Of a stretch of 64,000 nt of DNA, positions 39,195-51,114 are shown piece after piece. A program made the position numbers and the translations under genes. The notes beneath the pieces were generated by a model. That model was not told the DNA's origin. It saw only the letters and a list, made by a program, of their open reading frames with translations, and did no database searches. Each line of letters begins with the position of its first letter. Within the stretch, counting starts at the first letter, position 1. The stretch comes from an uncultured Chloroflexota bacterium. GTDB lineage: Bacteria > Chloroflexota > Chloroflexia > Thermomicrobiales > UBA6265. The stretch lies in contig CALMZR010000216.1 in assembly GCA_937870845.1 (NCBI GenBank), positions 4,464 to 68,463 on the forward strand, read 5' to 3'.

Positions 39195-40346
39195 ATGGCG
39201 AAGCCTGACGATGCTGCAGAACACCACGAAACGCCCGCTGTTCTCTGGCCAAATGCCGTGTCGATCGGCGACGCGGCCGCGCCGGACGAGGCGACCCATG
39301 CTTCGTCCCCCCCTGATCTCTTGAGCCTCGAGCGTTCGCCCACGCTGCGCATCCGGTCGATTGCGCTGCGCGACCTGCCGTACCTGTTGCGGCTTCCGGG
39401 CATGCTCCGACTCGACGTGCCCGATAGCCTCGTCCATCCCCGAACAGGAGCTGTCGACGTGCCGGCCATCGTGCCAGTCCTGCGCCGGGAGCGACCGACC
39501 TTTGTCGCCATTGCAGACGGCCAGCGCGTCGGGTTTGTTCGTTTTGCGATGAGGCCGCCCGACGGGCGGTGGGTCGTTTCGTCGATTGCGGCATCCACCG
39601 GGGTGTACTCTCCGCAGCCGGTCTGGGAGGCGCTTCTGGCGCACGGCGTTCGCGCCGCCGGCCTGCGCGGCGTGCGCCGCCTCTTTGCCAAGGTCCCCGT
39701 TGGCCATTCGCTGCTCGAAACGATGTGGCAGTCCGGCTGGGTCTCGTACACGCGCGAGACTGTCTTTCGTGCGGATCGGCTGACGGCCGTTTCGCGCTCC
39801 CAACGGGATCTGCGATTGCAGGAACCGGTGGATACCTGGGCCATCCATCAACTGTATGCCGCCTCGGCGCCGCGTCAGATTCAGGAGATCGAAGCCTTCA
39901 CCAGCCAGAAGTGGCACCTGGACGAGCCAAAGCGGGGACGCCGCGGCATTCGCCAGACAGGTTGGCTCCGCGAAGAGAATGGCCAACTCGCGGCGTACGC
40001 GTGCTACACCAGGGGCGCCCACGCCGGCATGATTGATGCGATCGTGCCGCCGGGGGCGGAGACACAGTTGGGCGCGCTGCTCGACGGCGTCATTTCCGTG
40101 CCACGGCAGGGGCGGGGCCGTCCCGTCTACATTGCGTTGAGGGCGTACATGCTCGACATGAAGGACGAGCTGACCGCGAGAGGGTTCAAGGAGATAGGGG
40201 AGCAGGAGTTGCTGATTCGCTACACTACGGCCACCGCGCGAACCCCGGCGATCGACCCCGTGCATTTCCCCGTCGAGCTGCGTCCGGCCATGCCTCGCCG
40301 CGTGCCGACGTTCCTCGAAGGGCAACCGACGGATGGGACGATATGA
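39195..40346 (+). CDS. Hypothetical protein, possibly a tandem GNAT-like fold
   Basis: 383 aa. Two segments have acetyltransferase-like beta-alpha patterns (...[17 protein letters not shown]... and ...[22 protein letters not shown]...). This is a weak call. The stop overlaps the next gene (ATGA). Confidence 0.5.
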   Translation: MAKPDDAAEHHETPAVLWPNAVSIGDAAAPDEATHASSPPDLLSLERSPTLRIRSIALRDLPYLLRLPGMLRLDVPDSLVHPRTGAVDVPAIVPVLRRERPTFVAIADGQRVGFVRFAMRPPDGRWVVSSIAASTGVYSPQPVWEALLAHGVRAAGLRGVRRLFAKVPVGHSLLETMWQSGWVSYTRETVFRADRLTAVSRSQRDLRLQEPVDTWAIHQLYAASAPRQIQEIEAFTSQKWHLDEPKRGRRGIRQTGWLREENGQLAAYACYTRGAHAGMIDAIVPPGAETQLGALLDGVISVPRQGRGRPVYIALRAYMLDMKDELTARGFKEIGEQELLIRYTTATARTPAIDPVHFPVELRPAMPRRVPTFLEGQPTDGTI

Positions 40347-42145
40347 TGCGTGCCGCCGAACCGCTTGCGACTGTGCTTCGCCTGCCGCGCGAAGGTGATC
40401 GAGGAACCCACGCAAGACCGACGTATGAACTGGCCAGCACCGACAATCTCGACGTGTTGCTCGCCGTGCTGCCGCTCGACATCTCCCATGCGGTCGCCGA
40501 GGCTGGGCGGCGCGAGGGCTACGACGACCTGGTCGAGATCGTCCTGGACCTGGGCCGCGTTCCCGAGGCCAGGTTCCAGTCCGGCGAGGCGAGTCTGCTG
40601 GAGCGGGAGGTCAACCGCGAGGACTTGGCCTTCGTCGCCGAGCGCATCGGCGAGTTTGGCGGGGACAACCGCGCCGGCATCGAGCGCACCTTGCACCGCA
40701 TCTCCGCCATCCGCAACCGAACGGGCGAGATCGTCGGCCTTACTTGCCGCGTCGGCCGCGCCGTTTTCGGCACGATCGCCATCATGCGCGACTTGATCGA
40801 AACCGGTCAGAGCGTGCTGCTGCTCGGACGCCCCGGCGTTGGCAAGACCACGCTTCTGCGCGAGACAGCCCGCGTCCTCGCCGACGAGTTGCACAAGCGC
40901 GTCATCGTCGTCGACACCTCCAATGAGATCGCCGGCGACGGCGACATCCCGCACCCGGCTATCGGCCGCGCCCGGCGCATGCAGGTGCCCACACCGACCG
41001 ACCAGCACGGGGTGATGATCGAGGCCGTGGAGAATCACACCCCGCAAGTGGTGGTCATCGACGAGATCGGCACCGAGCTGGAAGCGATGGCGGCCCGCAC
41101 CATTGCCGAGCGCGGCGTCCAACTCATCGGCACCGCCCACGGCAACACGCTCGAGAACCTGATGGCCAACCCCACGCTGGCTGACCTCATCGGCGGCATC
41201 CAATCGGTAACGCTGTCTGATGAGGAAGCTCGGCGGCGGGGCACCCAGAAATCGATTCTGGAGCGAAAAGCTCCTCCAACGTTCGACACGATCGTTGAGA
41301 TCGTAGATCGAGAGCAGGTCGTGGTGCACAAGGATGTCGCGGCCACTGTCGACATCATTTTGCGCGGAGCCGTTCCACGAACCGAGCTGCGACGGCGGGA
41401 GGATGACGGTCACGTCGCCATCACAACCGCCCCTCGCATTGACAGCGTCCAGGAGCGAAGTCAGCAGCGCCTCGCGAACCACAGAGTAGCGCGCGGTCCC
41501 GCGGCGCTTGCGGCAGACTTCTTCCCGGTGGAGTCCGACGACGAGTCGCGAGTAACTCCGCGATCCGCTGAGGTTCCGGCGCCCAGTCCGCTCCGAGGGC
41601 GGGGGACTGAGGCGCGCCCCCTGCGCATCTACGCCTTCGGGGTGAGCCGGAACCGACTTGAGCACGCAATCCAGGCGCTGCACGTCCCCGCCACGGTCGT
41701 TCGCGATGCGCGGGACGCCGATATCGTGCTCACCCTCAAGAACTATTTTCGGCAGAAGGCGCAGCCTATCCGGGATGCCGAGTCGCGTGGCATGCCGGTT
41801 TACGTGCTGCGCTCCAACACCGGCGTCCAGATGGAGAACTTGCTCGCGAGTCTGTTTCCGCCGCAGCTTCCGGCTGCCCATGGCGCGCCTGCCGAATGGC
41901 CGACCCGCAACGGCGGCGCCGAGGCCATGTCTGACCCCGACGATGATCCCTTGTTGGCTGCGATCTCAGAAGCCGAAGACGCCATTTCGACCGTGATCGC
42001 GGGGGGACCACCGGTGCAGCTGGCGCCCCAAGGTTCGCGCGTTCGCCAAGTGCAGCACCAGCTGGCGGAACGGTACGCCCTTTCCTCACGCAGCCGAGGG
42101 CGAGAACCTCACCGAGGCGTGGAGATTTCGCGGGGTAGCGGCTAA
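40343..42145 (+). CDS. AAA ATPase of the SpoIIIAA/Ycf45 type with C-terminal R3H domain
   Basis: ...[17 protein letters not shown]... (Walker A), ...[12 protein letters not shown]... (Walker B), ...[13 protein letters not shown]... The C-terminus ...[37 protein letters not shown] is R3H-like. Confidence 0.8.
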   Translation: MMRAAEPLATVLRLPREGDRGTHARPTYELASTDNLDVLLAVLPLDISHAVAEAGRREGYDDLVEIVLDLGRVPEARFQSGEASLLEREVNREDLAFVAERIGEFGGDNRAGIERTLHRISAIRNRTGEIVGLTCRVGRAVFGTIAIMRDLIETGQSVLLLGRPGVGKTTLLRETARVLADELHKRVIVVDTSNEIAGDGDIPHPAIGRARRMQVPTPTDQHGVMIEAVENHTPQVVVIDEIGTELEAMAARTIAERGVQLIGTAHGNTLENLMANPTLADLIGGIQSVTLSDEEARRRGTQKSILERKAPPTFDTIVEIVDREQVVVHKDVAATVDIILRGAVPRTELRRREDDGHVAITTAPRIDSVQERSQQRLANHRVARGPAALAADFFPVESDDESRVTPRSAEVPAPSPLRGRGTEARPLRIYAFGVSRNRLEHAIQALHVPATVVRDARDADIVLTLKNYFRQKAQPIRDAESRGMPVYVLRSNTGVQMENLLASLFPPQLPAAHGAPAEWPTRNGGAEAMSDPDDDPLLAAISEAEDAISTVIAGGPPVQLAPQGSRVRQVQHQLAERYALSSRSRGREPHRGVEISRGSG

Positions 42146-42149
42146 TCCG

Positions 42150-42827
42150 TTGGCCGGGTTTTTTGTCGCGCTAGAAGGCATCGAAGGTTCGGGCAAGTCG
42201 ACCGTCGCGCGGCGCCTCGCGGATGCACTCCGCGTTCGAGGCCGTGCGGTCACGGCGACCCGGGAACCCGGCGGCGGCGTGATCGGTGAGCGCATTCGCG
42301 CCTTGCTCCTCGACAACGACGCCGGCGCCATGGCCGCCGAAACCGAAGCGCTCCTATTCGCGGCTTCGCGGGCGCAACTCGTAGCAGAGGTCATTCGGCC
42401 AGCGCTGGCGCGTGGCGACGTGGTCATTGTCGATCGCTTCGCCGACTCCTCATTGGCCTATCAATGGGGCGGCCGAGGGTTGCCCCTCGACGCGGTCACG
42501 GCGGTGCAGGCCCTGGCGACGGGCGGGTTAGAACCAGATGTAAAACTCCTGCTGGACCTTCCTGTAGCGTTGGGACTGCAACGTCGGTTTGCCCGAGGAA
42601 ACGAGACCAACCGCTTGGATCGAGAAACCATCGCGTTTCACGAACGGGTTCGTGAGGCTTACCATGCCCTCGTGGCCGCCCAACCAAATCGCTGGCGGGT
42701 GATCGATGCATCGCGGCCGGAGTCGGACGTGTGGTCGGACGTGTGGTCCGCCGTGAGGCAATTGGATTCGGTCAAGACCGGGTCCGCCGCGGAAGCCGAG
42801 GTCTCGCGGCTGGGAACGAGATCGTGA
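42150..42827 (+). CDS. tmk: Thymidylate kinase
   Basis: (M)AGFFVALEGIEGSGKSTVARRLA...TREPGG...DRFADSSLAYQ... TTG start. Confidence 0.93.
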   Translation: MAGFFVALEGIEGSGKSTVARRLADALRVRGRAVTATREPGGGVIGERIRALLLDNDAGAMAAETEALLFAASRAQLVAEVIRPALARGDVVIVDRFADSSLAYQWGGRGLPLDAVTAVQALATGGLEPDVKLLLDLPVALGLQRRFARGNETNRLDRETIAFHERVREAYHALVAAQPNRWRVIDASRPESDVWSDVWSAVRQLDSVKTGSAAEAEVSRLGTRS

Positions 42828-43162
42828 GACTCGTGTTTGCAGTGCTTCAATGCGAGGACGCGGAGCCGCTGCTGCGTGACTTCGCCGAAATCCGGGTGGC
42901 GGCTACCCAGATCGAAGGCGACGCCGCCGTTGGCGCAGGGGGATTGGCCGCGATCATCGTCGGCGTCGAAGACGACCGGGTTGAAGACGTTCTGACGCTG
43001 ATTCAGGCCCGGGCCCGCGACCGAACTCGGCAGATCGAGCCCTTGCGGCCACTCGGTGAACGGGCCGAATTCTGGGTTCCCGGCCCTTCCGAGCGCACCG
43101 CGGGCGGGGCTAGCGTCTATGTGCTTTCGGTGCGCCAGTTCGAGCGCATCGGGTACGCTTAG
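42824..43162 (+). CDS. darA: PII-like cyclic-di-AMP receptor (DarA/PstA family)
   Basis: GTG 42824 overlaps the tmk stop. (M)RLVFAVLQCEDAEPLLRDFAE...AAIIVGVEDDRVEDVLTLI...GGASVYVLSVRQFERI parallels Bacillus YaaQ/DarA, which is also next to tmk. Confidence 0.8.
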   Translation: MRLVFAVLQCEDAEPLLRDFAEIRVAATQIEGDAAVGAGGLAAIIVGVEDDRVEDVLTLIQARARDRTRQIEPLRPLGERAEFWVPGPSERTAGGASVYVLSVRQFERIGYA

Positions 43163-43204
43163 ACGCCGCGTCCGCGCGGCTGGCTGACCGAGGGGACACG
43201 AAAC

Positions 43205-44038
43205 GTGATCGAGACCGCGGCGCGTGGCGCACAATTTCTGCTCGCAATCGGCATCGCCTACCTGCTTGCCATTTGGTTCGCGGTCGTGGCCTGGACGTTT
43301 CGCGACATCGAATCGCGTAGCCGCAGCGTCTTTACCCAAGTCTTTTCCACCTTGCTGGTTGTTCTCTTCTTTATCCCTGGCCTTCTGCTCTATCTCATCC
43401 TCCGGCCAAAGGAGACTCTCGACCAGGCGTTCCAGCGGGCGCTTGAGGAGGAGTACCTCCTTCAGGATTTGGACGACCTTCCCCTTTGCCAGGGCTGCCA
43501 GCGCGCCGTCGATCCGGAGTTCGTCATATGCCCGCACTGTCAGACGCGGCTGCGCGGGCCGTGCCCCGCCTGCTCGCGGCTGATCGATTTGCGCTGGAGC
43601 GTCTGCCCATACTGCGCCGTTCCGGTCGATCGCGCCGCCCTCGACGCGCCCGCCGCGTCCGAAACGATCCGCATCCTCGAGGACGCGCGAGGCAGCCGAC
43701 GCAAGCGCGCTATGGCCGCCGCCGCGCAGCGCGTCGGTATCGATCCCGACGAGCTCGATGCGTTGAGCGACGCCCTGGCCAGCACATCTGGCCCGGCAGC
43801 GGTCGGCGCCGGATCCAGCAACGGCGGTTTTTCCCGCCGCGTTGCCTCCATCGCCGAATTCTCCCGCATGCGCGACGGCGTCAGATCGCGCCTCGGCGCG
43901 ACAGGCGATGAATCTATTGAACCCCCGCCGATGGCCGGGACGATGAGCCCTCTCGAAGACCGTTCGCCCGCCCGCGAGCACACCGAGGAAGGCTTCTGGG
44001 CTGACCCGCTGCCAGGCGCCGAAACCCGTCGCGATTGA
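43205..44038 (+). CDS. Membrane protein with PLD-N-like TM hairpin and double zinc-ribbon
   Basis: Two TM helices (...FLLAIGIAYLLAIWFAVVAW... and ...LLVVLFFIPGLLLYLILRP...), followed by CQGC...CPHC...CPAC...CPYC. Confidence 0.6.
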   Translation: MIETAARGAQFLLAIGIAYLLAIWFAVVAWTFRDIESRSRSVFTQVFSTLLVVLFFIPGLLLYLILRPKETLDQAFQRALEEEYLLQDLDDLPLCQGCQRAVDPEFVICPHCQTRLRGPCPACSRLIDLRWSVCPYCAVPVDRAALDAPAASETIRILEDARGSRRKRAMAAAAQRVGIDPDELDALSDALASTSGPAAVGAGSSNGGFSRRVASIAEFSRMRDGVRSRLGATGDESIEPPPMAGTMSPLEDRSPAREHTEEGFWADPLPGAETRRD

Positions 44039-44182
44039 GGATTGAAACGCTGCTCTTGATTCGATTGGACGCGGCGAACATGGCCGCATGAAACCGGCGA
44101 TCCTGCCAGATCACTCAAAGGTCGGGTTGGGGCTCACAGCAAGCGAGGCGTGCTTGCCAAGCGCGCCCAGCGATGCTCCCTG

Positions 44183-44191
44183 TGGTAGAAT
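44183..44191 (+). promoter_or_regulatory. Extended -10 element TGGTAGAAT (tRNA-Asn promoter candidate)
   Basis: It lies 16 nt upstream of the mature tRNA 5' end. Confidence 0.4.
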
Positions 44192-44206
44192 CTGCGATGT
44201 TTGCGA

Positions 44207-44281
44207 TCCCCGATAGCTCAATGGTAGAGCGGCCGGCTGTTAACCGGTAGGTTCTAGGTTCGAGTCCTAGTCGGGGAGCCA
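44207..44281 (+). tRNA. tRNA-Asn (anticodon GTT), CCA encoded
   Basis: Manual cloverleaf. Acceptor TCCCCGA/TCGGGGA, D arm GCTC-AATGGTA-GAGC, anticodon loop CT-GTT-AA, T arm CTAGG-TTCGAGT-CCTAG, then G-CCA. Confidence 0.93.
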
Positions 44282-44289
44282 CGACCGGG

Positions 44290-44344
44290 GTCGCGGGGCG
44301 GTGGTGTCAAGGCCGCAGGATTGGGCATCCCGCCTCGCCGCGAC
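44290..44344. terminator. GC-rich imperfect hairpin between tRNA-Asn and the convergent Rrf2 gene
   Basis: GTCGCGGGGCGG ... CCGCCTCGCCGCGAC. No clear T-tract. Confidence 0.35.
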
Positions 44345-44393
44345 AGCAACCCCGTTGTCTCGTCTGATCTGTGAGTGTCCCGATCACGTTCGT

Positions 44394-44819
44394 TCAGATC
44401 GCGTAATTCGCGCAGGTCTCGCGATCGGCCTGCCGATCGACCAGGGTCTTGAGCGTAATCGAACGCAAGAGCCGTTCGTTCTGCTCCTGCATCTCATGCC
44501 AAACTTCGTGAACGACGTCGGCGGCGCCCAACCCGTCCGGGTGCGGATGCGGCTTGGGGTCGACCCCGTCCAGCGCGGTGAGAATGTCGAACAGCGAGAT
44601 TTGCGACGGCTGCATCGCCAACTCGTGGCCGCCCAGGGGGCCGCGTGTGCTCCGAACAAGCCCGGCGCGGCTCAGGGCGCCAAGCACCTGGTGCAGGTAC
44701 GCCTCGGGGATCTCCTGCCGCGCGGCGATCTCTTTACTGTGAATCGGTCCCTGACCCGCCCGCAACGACAGGTCGAACAGCGCCCGGACGCCGTAGTCCG
44801 AGCGACTTGACACGCGCAT
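44394..44819 (-). CDS. Rrf2 family transcriptional regulator
   Basis: MRVSSRSDYGVRALFDLSLRAGQGPIHSKEIAARQEIPEAYLHQVLGALSRAGLVRSTRGPLGG... is the Rrf2 wHTH signature. Confidence 0.88.
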   Translation of the reverse strand: MRVSSRSDYGVRALFDLSLRAGQGPIHSKEIAARQEIPEAYLHQVLGALSRAGLVRSTRGPLGGHELAMQPSQISLFDILTALDGVDPKPHPHPDGLGAADVVHEVWHEMQEQNERLLRSITLKTLVDRQADRETCANYAI

Positions 44820-45627
44820 GGAGCACCTCGTTCATGCTGCCGACGCGGTAGCCCGCCAGATCGAGCACGACGTGCAGGTAGCCGGCGCCGCGCACAGCCT
44901 CGACAAGCGCGTCAGCCTCATCAATCGCCGCCGCGAACTGCTCGCGCGGCACTTCAAGCCGGGCGATGTCGTCGTGATGCCGTACGCGAAACCCGCGAAA
45001 CCCGAGACCACGAACCGCGCTCTCCGCGGCGGCGACCTGCCGCAGCTTCTCGACCGTGATCGGATCGCCGTATGCGAACCGGGACGACAGGCACGCCACG
45101 GCCGGCTTGTCCCACGTGCGTAGCCCATGCCGCTCCGAGAGGACGCGGATCTCCGCTTTGCCGAGCCGGACCTCCTGGAGCGGGCTGCGCACTCCGAGGT
45201 CGCGCGCGGCGCGCATGCCGGGCCGGAAATCGTCCAGATCATCGGCGTTGGAGCCGTCGATGACCACTTTCAATCCCCGCATCTTCGCCACATCGGCGAG
45301 CCGCGAATACAACTCGGTCTTGCAAAAGAAGCAGCGCTGATGGGTGTTGTCGGCGTAGCGCGGATCGGTCAGCTCCGCGGTGTCGACAAGCACGTGCTCG
45401 GCCCCAATCTCACTGGCGATGAGCCGCGCCTCTTCCATCTCCTCCGCGGCGTACGTTTGGGACAACCCCGTCGCGGCCACCGCCCTGGCGCCGAGGGTAT
45501 CGACCGCGATCTTGAGCAGATAGCTGCTGTCGACCCCGCCGGAGAAGGAGACGAGCACTGAACCCAGGTCGTCAAGCACTGCCGCCAGTTCCGATTCCTT
45601 TCGTAGCGCGGTGTCGAGGTCAATCAT
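44734..45627 (-). CDS. PP-loop ATP-utilising enzyme, LarE-like sulfur transferase family
   Basis: ...VLVSFSGGVDSSYLL... (PP-loop SGGxDS), ...CFFCKTELY..., ...ACLSSRFAYG... Start chosen at ATG 45627. The 3' end overlaps the Rrf2 start by 86 nt. Confidence 0.82.
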   Translation of the reverse strand: MIDLDTALRKESELAAVLDDLGSVLVSFSGGVDSSYLLKIAVDTLGARAVAATGLSQTYAAEEMEEARLIASEIGAEHVLVDTAELTDPRYADNTHQRCFFCKTELYSRLADVAKMRGLKVVIDGSNADDLDDFRPGMRAARDLGVRSPLQEVRLGKAEIRVLSERHGLRTWDKPAVACLSSRFAYGDPITVEKLRQVAAAESAVRGLGFRGFRVRHHDDIARLEVPREQFAAAIDEADALVEAVRGAGYLHVVLDLAGYRVGSMNEVLHARVKSLGLRRPGAVRPVVAGGSGTDSQ

Positions 45628-45770
45628 TGAGTCGAGACTGCTCCCTGGTTCGTGACTGGCCGGCACCCCGAGGCGCAATGGGGAGTGATCCTACCAACCA
45701 CTGGCGTCAAGCGCCAACAGGGCGCCGCGCGGCGCCCTGTTGGCTCGCTCCTGTGCGCGGAATCTTTCGT

Positions 45771-48119
<2,349 letters not shown>

Positions 48120-48346
48120 GAATGTTCCTTTCGGCATGGCAGGTGATGCTGGATGGGTCTGAGGACGAAATGCCGCAACCGGTAGGGACAGCTCGCCATG
48201 AGGGACTGGAGACTGATCACCGAGATCGCTGAGCAGACTCCAATACCTCACGCGAATGGGCGCCGACCGGCGGCGTTCAAGGATTGGTCATGGCCCTCCT
48301 TCGATATCTCCGCGTATGCGGTGACTTCGACAATTGAAAATGATTC

Positions 48347-48371
48347 GGCCCAAGGCATCGAGCCCTGGGCC
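48347..48371 (-). terminator. Hairpin after rpsO (terminator or processing site in the rpsO-pnp spacer)
   Basis: The minus strand reads GGCCCAGGG-ctcgatg-CCTTGGGCC followed by GAATCATTTTCAATT. Confidence 0.4.
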
Positions 48372-48437
48372 GTCGCCGCACGAGAGTCAACCTGAACCAA
48401 CGGTCATGGCGTGGATCCAGCACAGACTCGAGCCAAG

Positions 48438-48707
48438 CTATCGTCGAAGTCCGAGCCGGCCGATCGTGGCCCGATAGCGGGTCACGTCCTTGCCGGAGAG
48501 GTACGCCAGCAGCCGCCGGCGCTGACCAACCAACTTGAGCAGCCCGCGGCGGGAGTGGTGATCGTGCTTGTGGGTACGCAGATGGTCGGTCAGACCCTGG
48601 ATGCGCTCGGTCAAGAGCGCAATCTGCACCTCCGGCGACCCCGTGTCTTCCGGATGGGTCCGGAACTGCGAGATGATGTCTTCTTTTTGTGCTTGTTGTA
48701 GCGCCAT
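48438..48707 (-). CDS. rpsO: 30S ribosomal protein S15
   Basis: [70 protein letters not shown]..., 89 aa. Confidence 0.95.
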   Translation of the reverse strand: MALQQAQKEDIISQFRTHPEDTGSPEVQIALLTERIQGLTDHLRTHKHDHHSRRGLLKLVGQRRRLLAYLSGKDVTRYRATIGRLGLRR

Positions 48708-48871
48708 TCTGGCGATTCCTTCTCCCGAGCAGCATGATGGCGGACACACAAATCCGGCGCTCCTGCGAGCGCGCAACCGGAAGAGTATACCATTGTCGGA
48801 CGGCGGGCATCGGGATCGATGGTTCGCGGTGGATCGGTGACGTCTTTCAGACGGAGGAGACGAGGCAGGGC

Positions 48872-49735
48872 ATGGCGATTCTCGGCGTTATCGGCGGCAG
48901 CGGCTTCTACGATCTCGAAGGTCTCCACGAGGAAGAAACAATCGAGATCGATACGCCGTTCGGCCAACCGAGCGCGCCGCCGCGGCGCGGCACGTTGGGA
49001 GCGACAGAGCTGGTCTTCATCGCCCGCCACGGCATCGGCCACGGTTTCTCTCCGACCGAGGTTCCGTACCGTGCGAACATCCACGCCTTCAAACAGCTCG
49101 GCGTCGAACAAATCCTCAGCTTGAGCGCCGTCGGCAGCTTGCGCGAGACTTTGCCGCCACGCTCGCTCGTTCTTCCCGATCAGATCATCGACCGCACTGT
49201 GGTCAGGGCGCGCACCTATTTCGAGGACGGCATCGTCGCCCACGTCGGGATCGCCGATCCGTTTTGCGCTCGGCTCCAGGACGCGATCAGCGCCGCAGCG
49301 GTTGCCGTGGGCCAGCCAGTCCACCGCGGCGGCGCGTACGTCTGCATTGAGGGGCCGCAATTCTCGACGCGCGCGGAATCGCGCCTCTACCGCGCGTGGC
49401 ATGCCACCGTCATCGGCATGACCGCAATGCCGGAAGCGCGCCTCGCTCGCGAGGCCGAGCTTTGCTACGCCACGCTGGCGATGGTCACCGACTACGATGT
49501 CTGGCACGACAGCGAGGCGGACGTGAGCGTCGAGGTCGTCCTCTCCAACCTGGAAGCCAACAGCCAGGCCGCGGCCGCCATCTTGCGGTCCCTGGCCGAA
49601 CGCGGCTTGCCCCGCCGGGAATGCGCGTGCGGCTCGGCGCTCGATTACGCCATCGTCACCGCGCCGACTCGCGTCTCTGCGGCGGCCCGGCAGCGCGTCG
49701 CGCTGCTGCTGCGCGATCGGCTTCCTGACGCATGA
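48872..49735 (+). CDS. mtnP: S-methyl-5'-thioadenosine phosphorylase
   Basis: [18 protein letters not shown]...[29 protein letters not shown]...[14 protein letters not shown]...[15 protein letters not shown]... Confidence 0.9.
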   Translation: MAILGVIGGSGFYDLEGLHEEETIEIDTPFGQPSAPPRRGTLGATELVFIARHGIGHGFSPTEVPYRANIHAFKQLGVEQILSLSAVGSLRETLPPRSLVLPDQIIDRTVVRARTYFEDGIVAHVGIADPFCARLQDAISAAAVAVGQPVHRGGAYVCIEGPQFSTRAESRLYRAWHATVIGMTAMPEARLAREAELCYATLAMVTDYDVWHDSEADVSVEVVLSNLEANSQAAAAILRSLAERGLPRRECACGSALDYAIVTAPTRVSAAARQRVALLLRDRLPDA

Positions 49736-51114
49736 ACCTTGTCACCAGACGGCCACCCTTCGCGCTCACCGCGCTCCTGCCTTCGGTCACGATGGTCATT
49801 GGGATTGCCATCCCAGCGGCCTCGTCACCCGCGGCAGCTCGCAATTCAGCACTCTTCGTGGCTCTGGCGCTGGCGGCCGCCTCCCCGCTCTTGGCGGCTC
49901 TCGTCCTCAGCATCGTCGCCCCTGGCCATGACGCCGTGGTCGTTGGCGTCGCGGGGATGCTCGTCGCCATTGGAGCAGCGACGGTTTATGGTCTCTCGTT
50001 CGCCCCGGGGACTGACGGAGACTTCTACGCCGCAATCGCCATGCGCCACGCCATGTTCGCCGCGATCGGGTTCCTGGCCCTCGTCGTGGGCGCCATCGCC
50101 GAAAAGAGCCTCGACCGCGCCAGACGCTATCCCTTCACGGTCCTCACCGTCGCCATCTTCCTCACGCTCACGACGGTCCTCGTCGGCGCGACGGTCAACG
50201 GCGCCCGACTTTGGCTCGACGTCGGCCCCGTTCGCTTCCAACCCTCGGAGATCGCTCGCGTCCTCATCGCCCTGTTCGTGGCTGTCTTCCTTTACGAGCG
50301 TCGTCACCTTCTGGCTGCGCCATGGCGCGTGCGGTCCCAGGATTTGCCGCCAGCGCCATATCTCCTGCCACTCGCGGCCGCGCTCCTGATCGCCGTCGGC
50401 GTGCTTCTCTTCCAGAACGACCTCGGCATGGCGGCGCTGGTCGCTCTTAGCGCGGTCGCCGCCGTCGTCAGCGTGGTTCGATCGAGCGCGGCGGTCGCCA
50501 TCGCGGCCACGGCGCTCCTGGTGGCATTGGCAGGCTCATACGTCACCGTCCCGAGGGTGCGCGACCGCGTCGTCGGCTGGCTCGATCCCTGGCAGGATCC
50601 GGTCATTCGTGGATACCAGTTCGTGCAGGCCGAATTCAGCCTCGCCGCGGGGAGCCTCGGCGGGGGGGAGCCGTGGACGGCGGCGGGCATCGTGCCTGAG
50701 GTTCATACCGATCTCATACTCATCGCCATCGCGAGTCGGTTCGGGCTGCCGGTCGCGGCGGCGGTCCTGGCGCTGGCGGCAACGCTCGTCTGCCGCTGCA
50801 TGCTGGCCGGCCTGCGGACGCGGGATGGCTTTCGCGCCCTGACCGCGGTGAGTCTGGCGGCGCTTCTGGCGATTCAGATCGTCCTGATCGCCGGAGGCTC
50901 GCTGCGCGTGCTCCCCCTGACGGGGCTCACCTTTCCGCTCGTTTCGTACGGCGGCACATCGATGATCGTGACCCAGTTCGCGCTAGGCATCATTGTCGGG
51001 ATCGGAGCCCGTGCGCCGGGAGGAGGCTCGACCCGCGGCGCCCTTGAGCATGAAGCCAAGCCGCGATTCGTCATGGCGTCTCCATGGACCGCCGAGGGAA
51101 GGAACCCATCGTGA
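49732..51114 (+). CDS. SEDS family peptidoglycan glycosyltransferase (FtsW/RodA/SpoVE)
   Basis: Polytopic. ...GYQFVQAEFSLAAGSLGG...PEVHTDLILIAIASRFG...LPLTGLTFPLVSYGGTSMIV... Confidence 0.88.
   Translation: MNLVTRRPPFALTALLPSVTMVIGIAIPAASSPAAARNSALFVALALAAASPLLAALVLSIVAPGHDAVVVGVAGMLVAIGAATVYGLSFAPGTDGDFYAAIAMRHAMFAAIGFLALVVGAIAEKSLDRARRYPFTVLTVAIFLTLTTVLVGATVNGARLWLDVGPVRFQPSEIARVLIALFVAVFLYERRHLLAAPWRVRSQDLPPAPYLLPLAAALLIAVGVLLFQNDLGMAALVALSAVAAVVSVVRSSAAVAIAATALLVALAGSYVTVPRVRDRVVGWLDPWQDPVIRGYQFVQAEFSLAAGSLGGGEPWTAAGIVPEVHTDLILIAIASRFGLPVAAAVLALAATLVCRCMLAGLRTRDGFRALTAVSLAALLAIQIVLIAGGSLRVLPLTGLTFPLVSYGGTSMIVTQFALGIIVGIGARAPGGGSTRGALEHEAKPRFVMASPWTAEGRNPS

Noticed and set aside
44207-44393. 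A mobile element or genomic island integrated at tRNA-Asn or tRNA-Gln.
   Set aside because: I found no integrase, no direct repeat of either tRNA 3' end and no compositional break next to either tRNA. The flanking genes are housekeeping.
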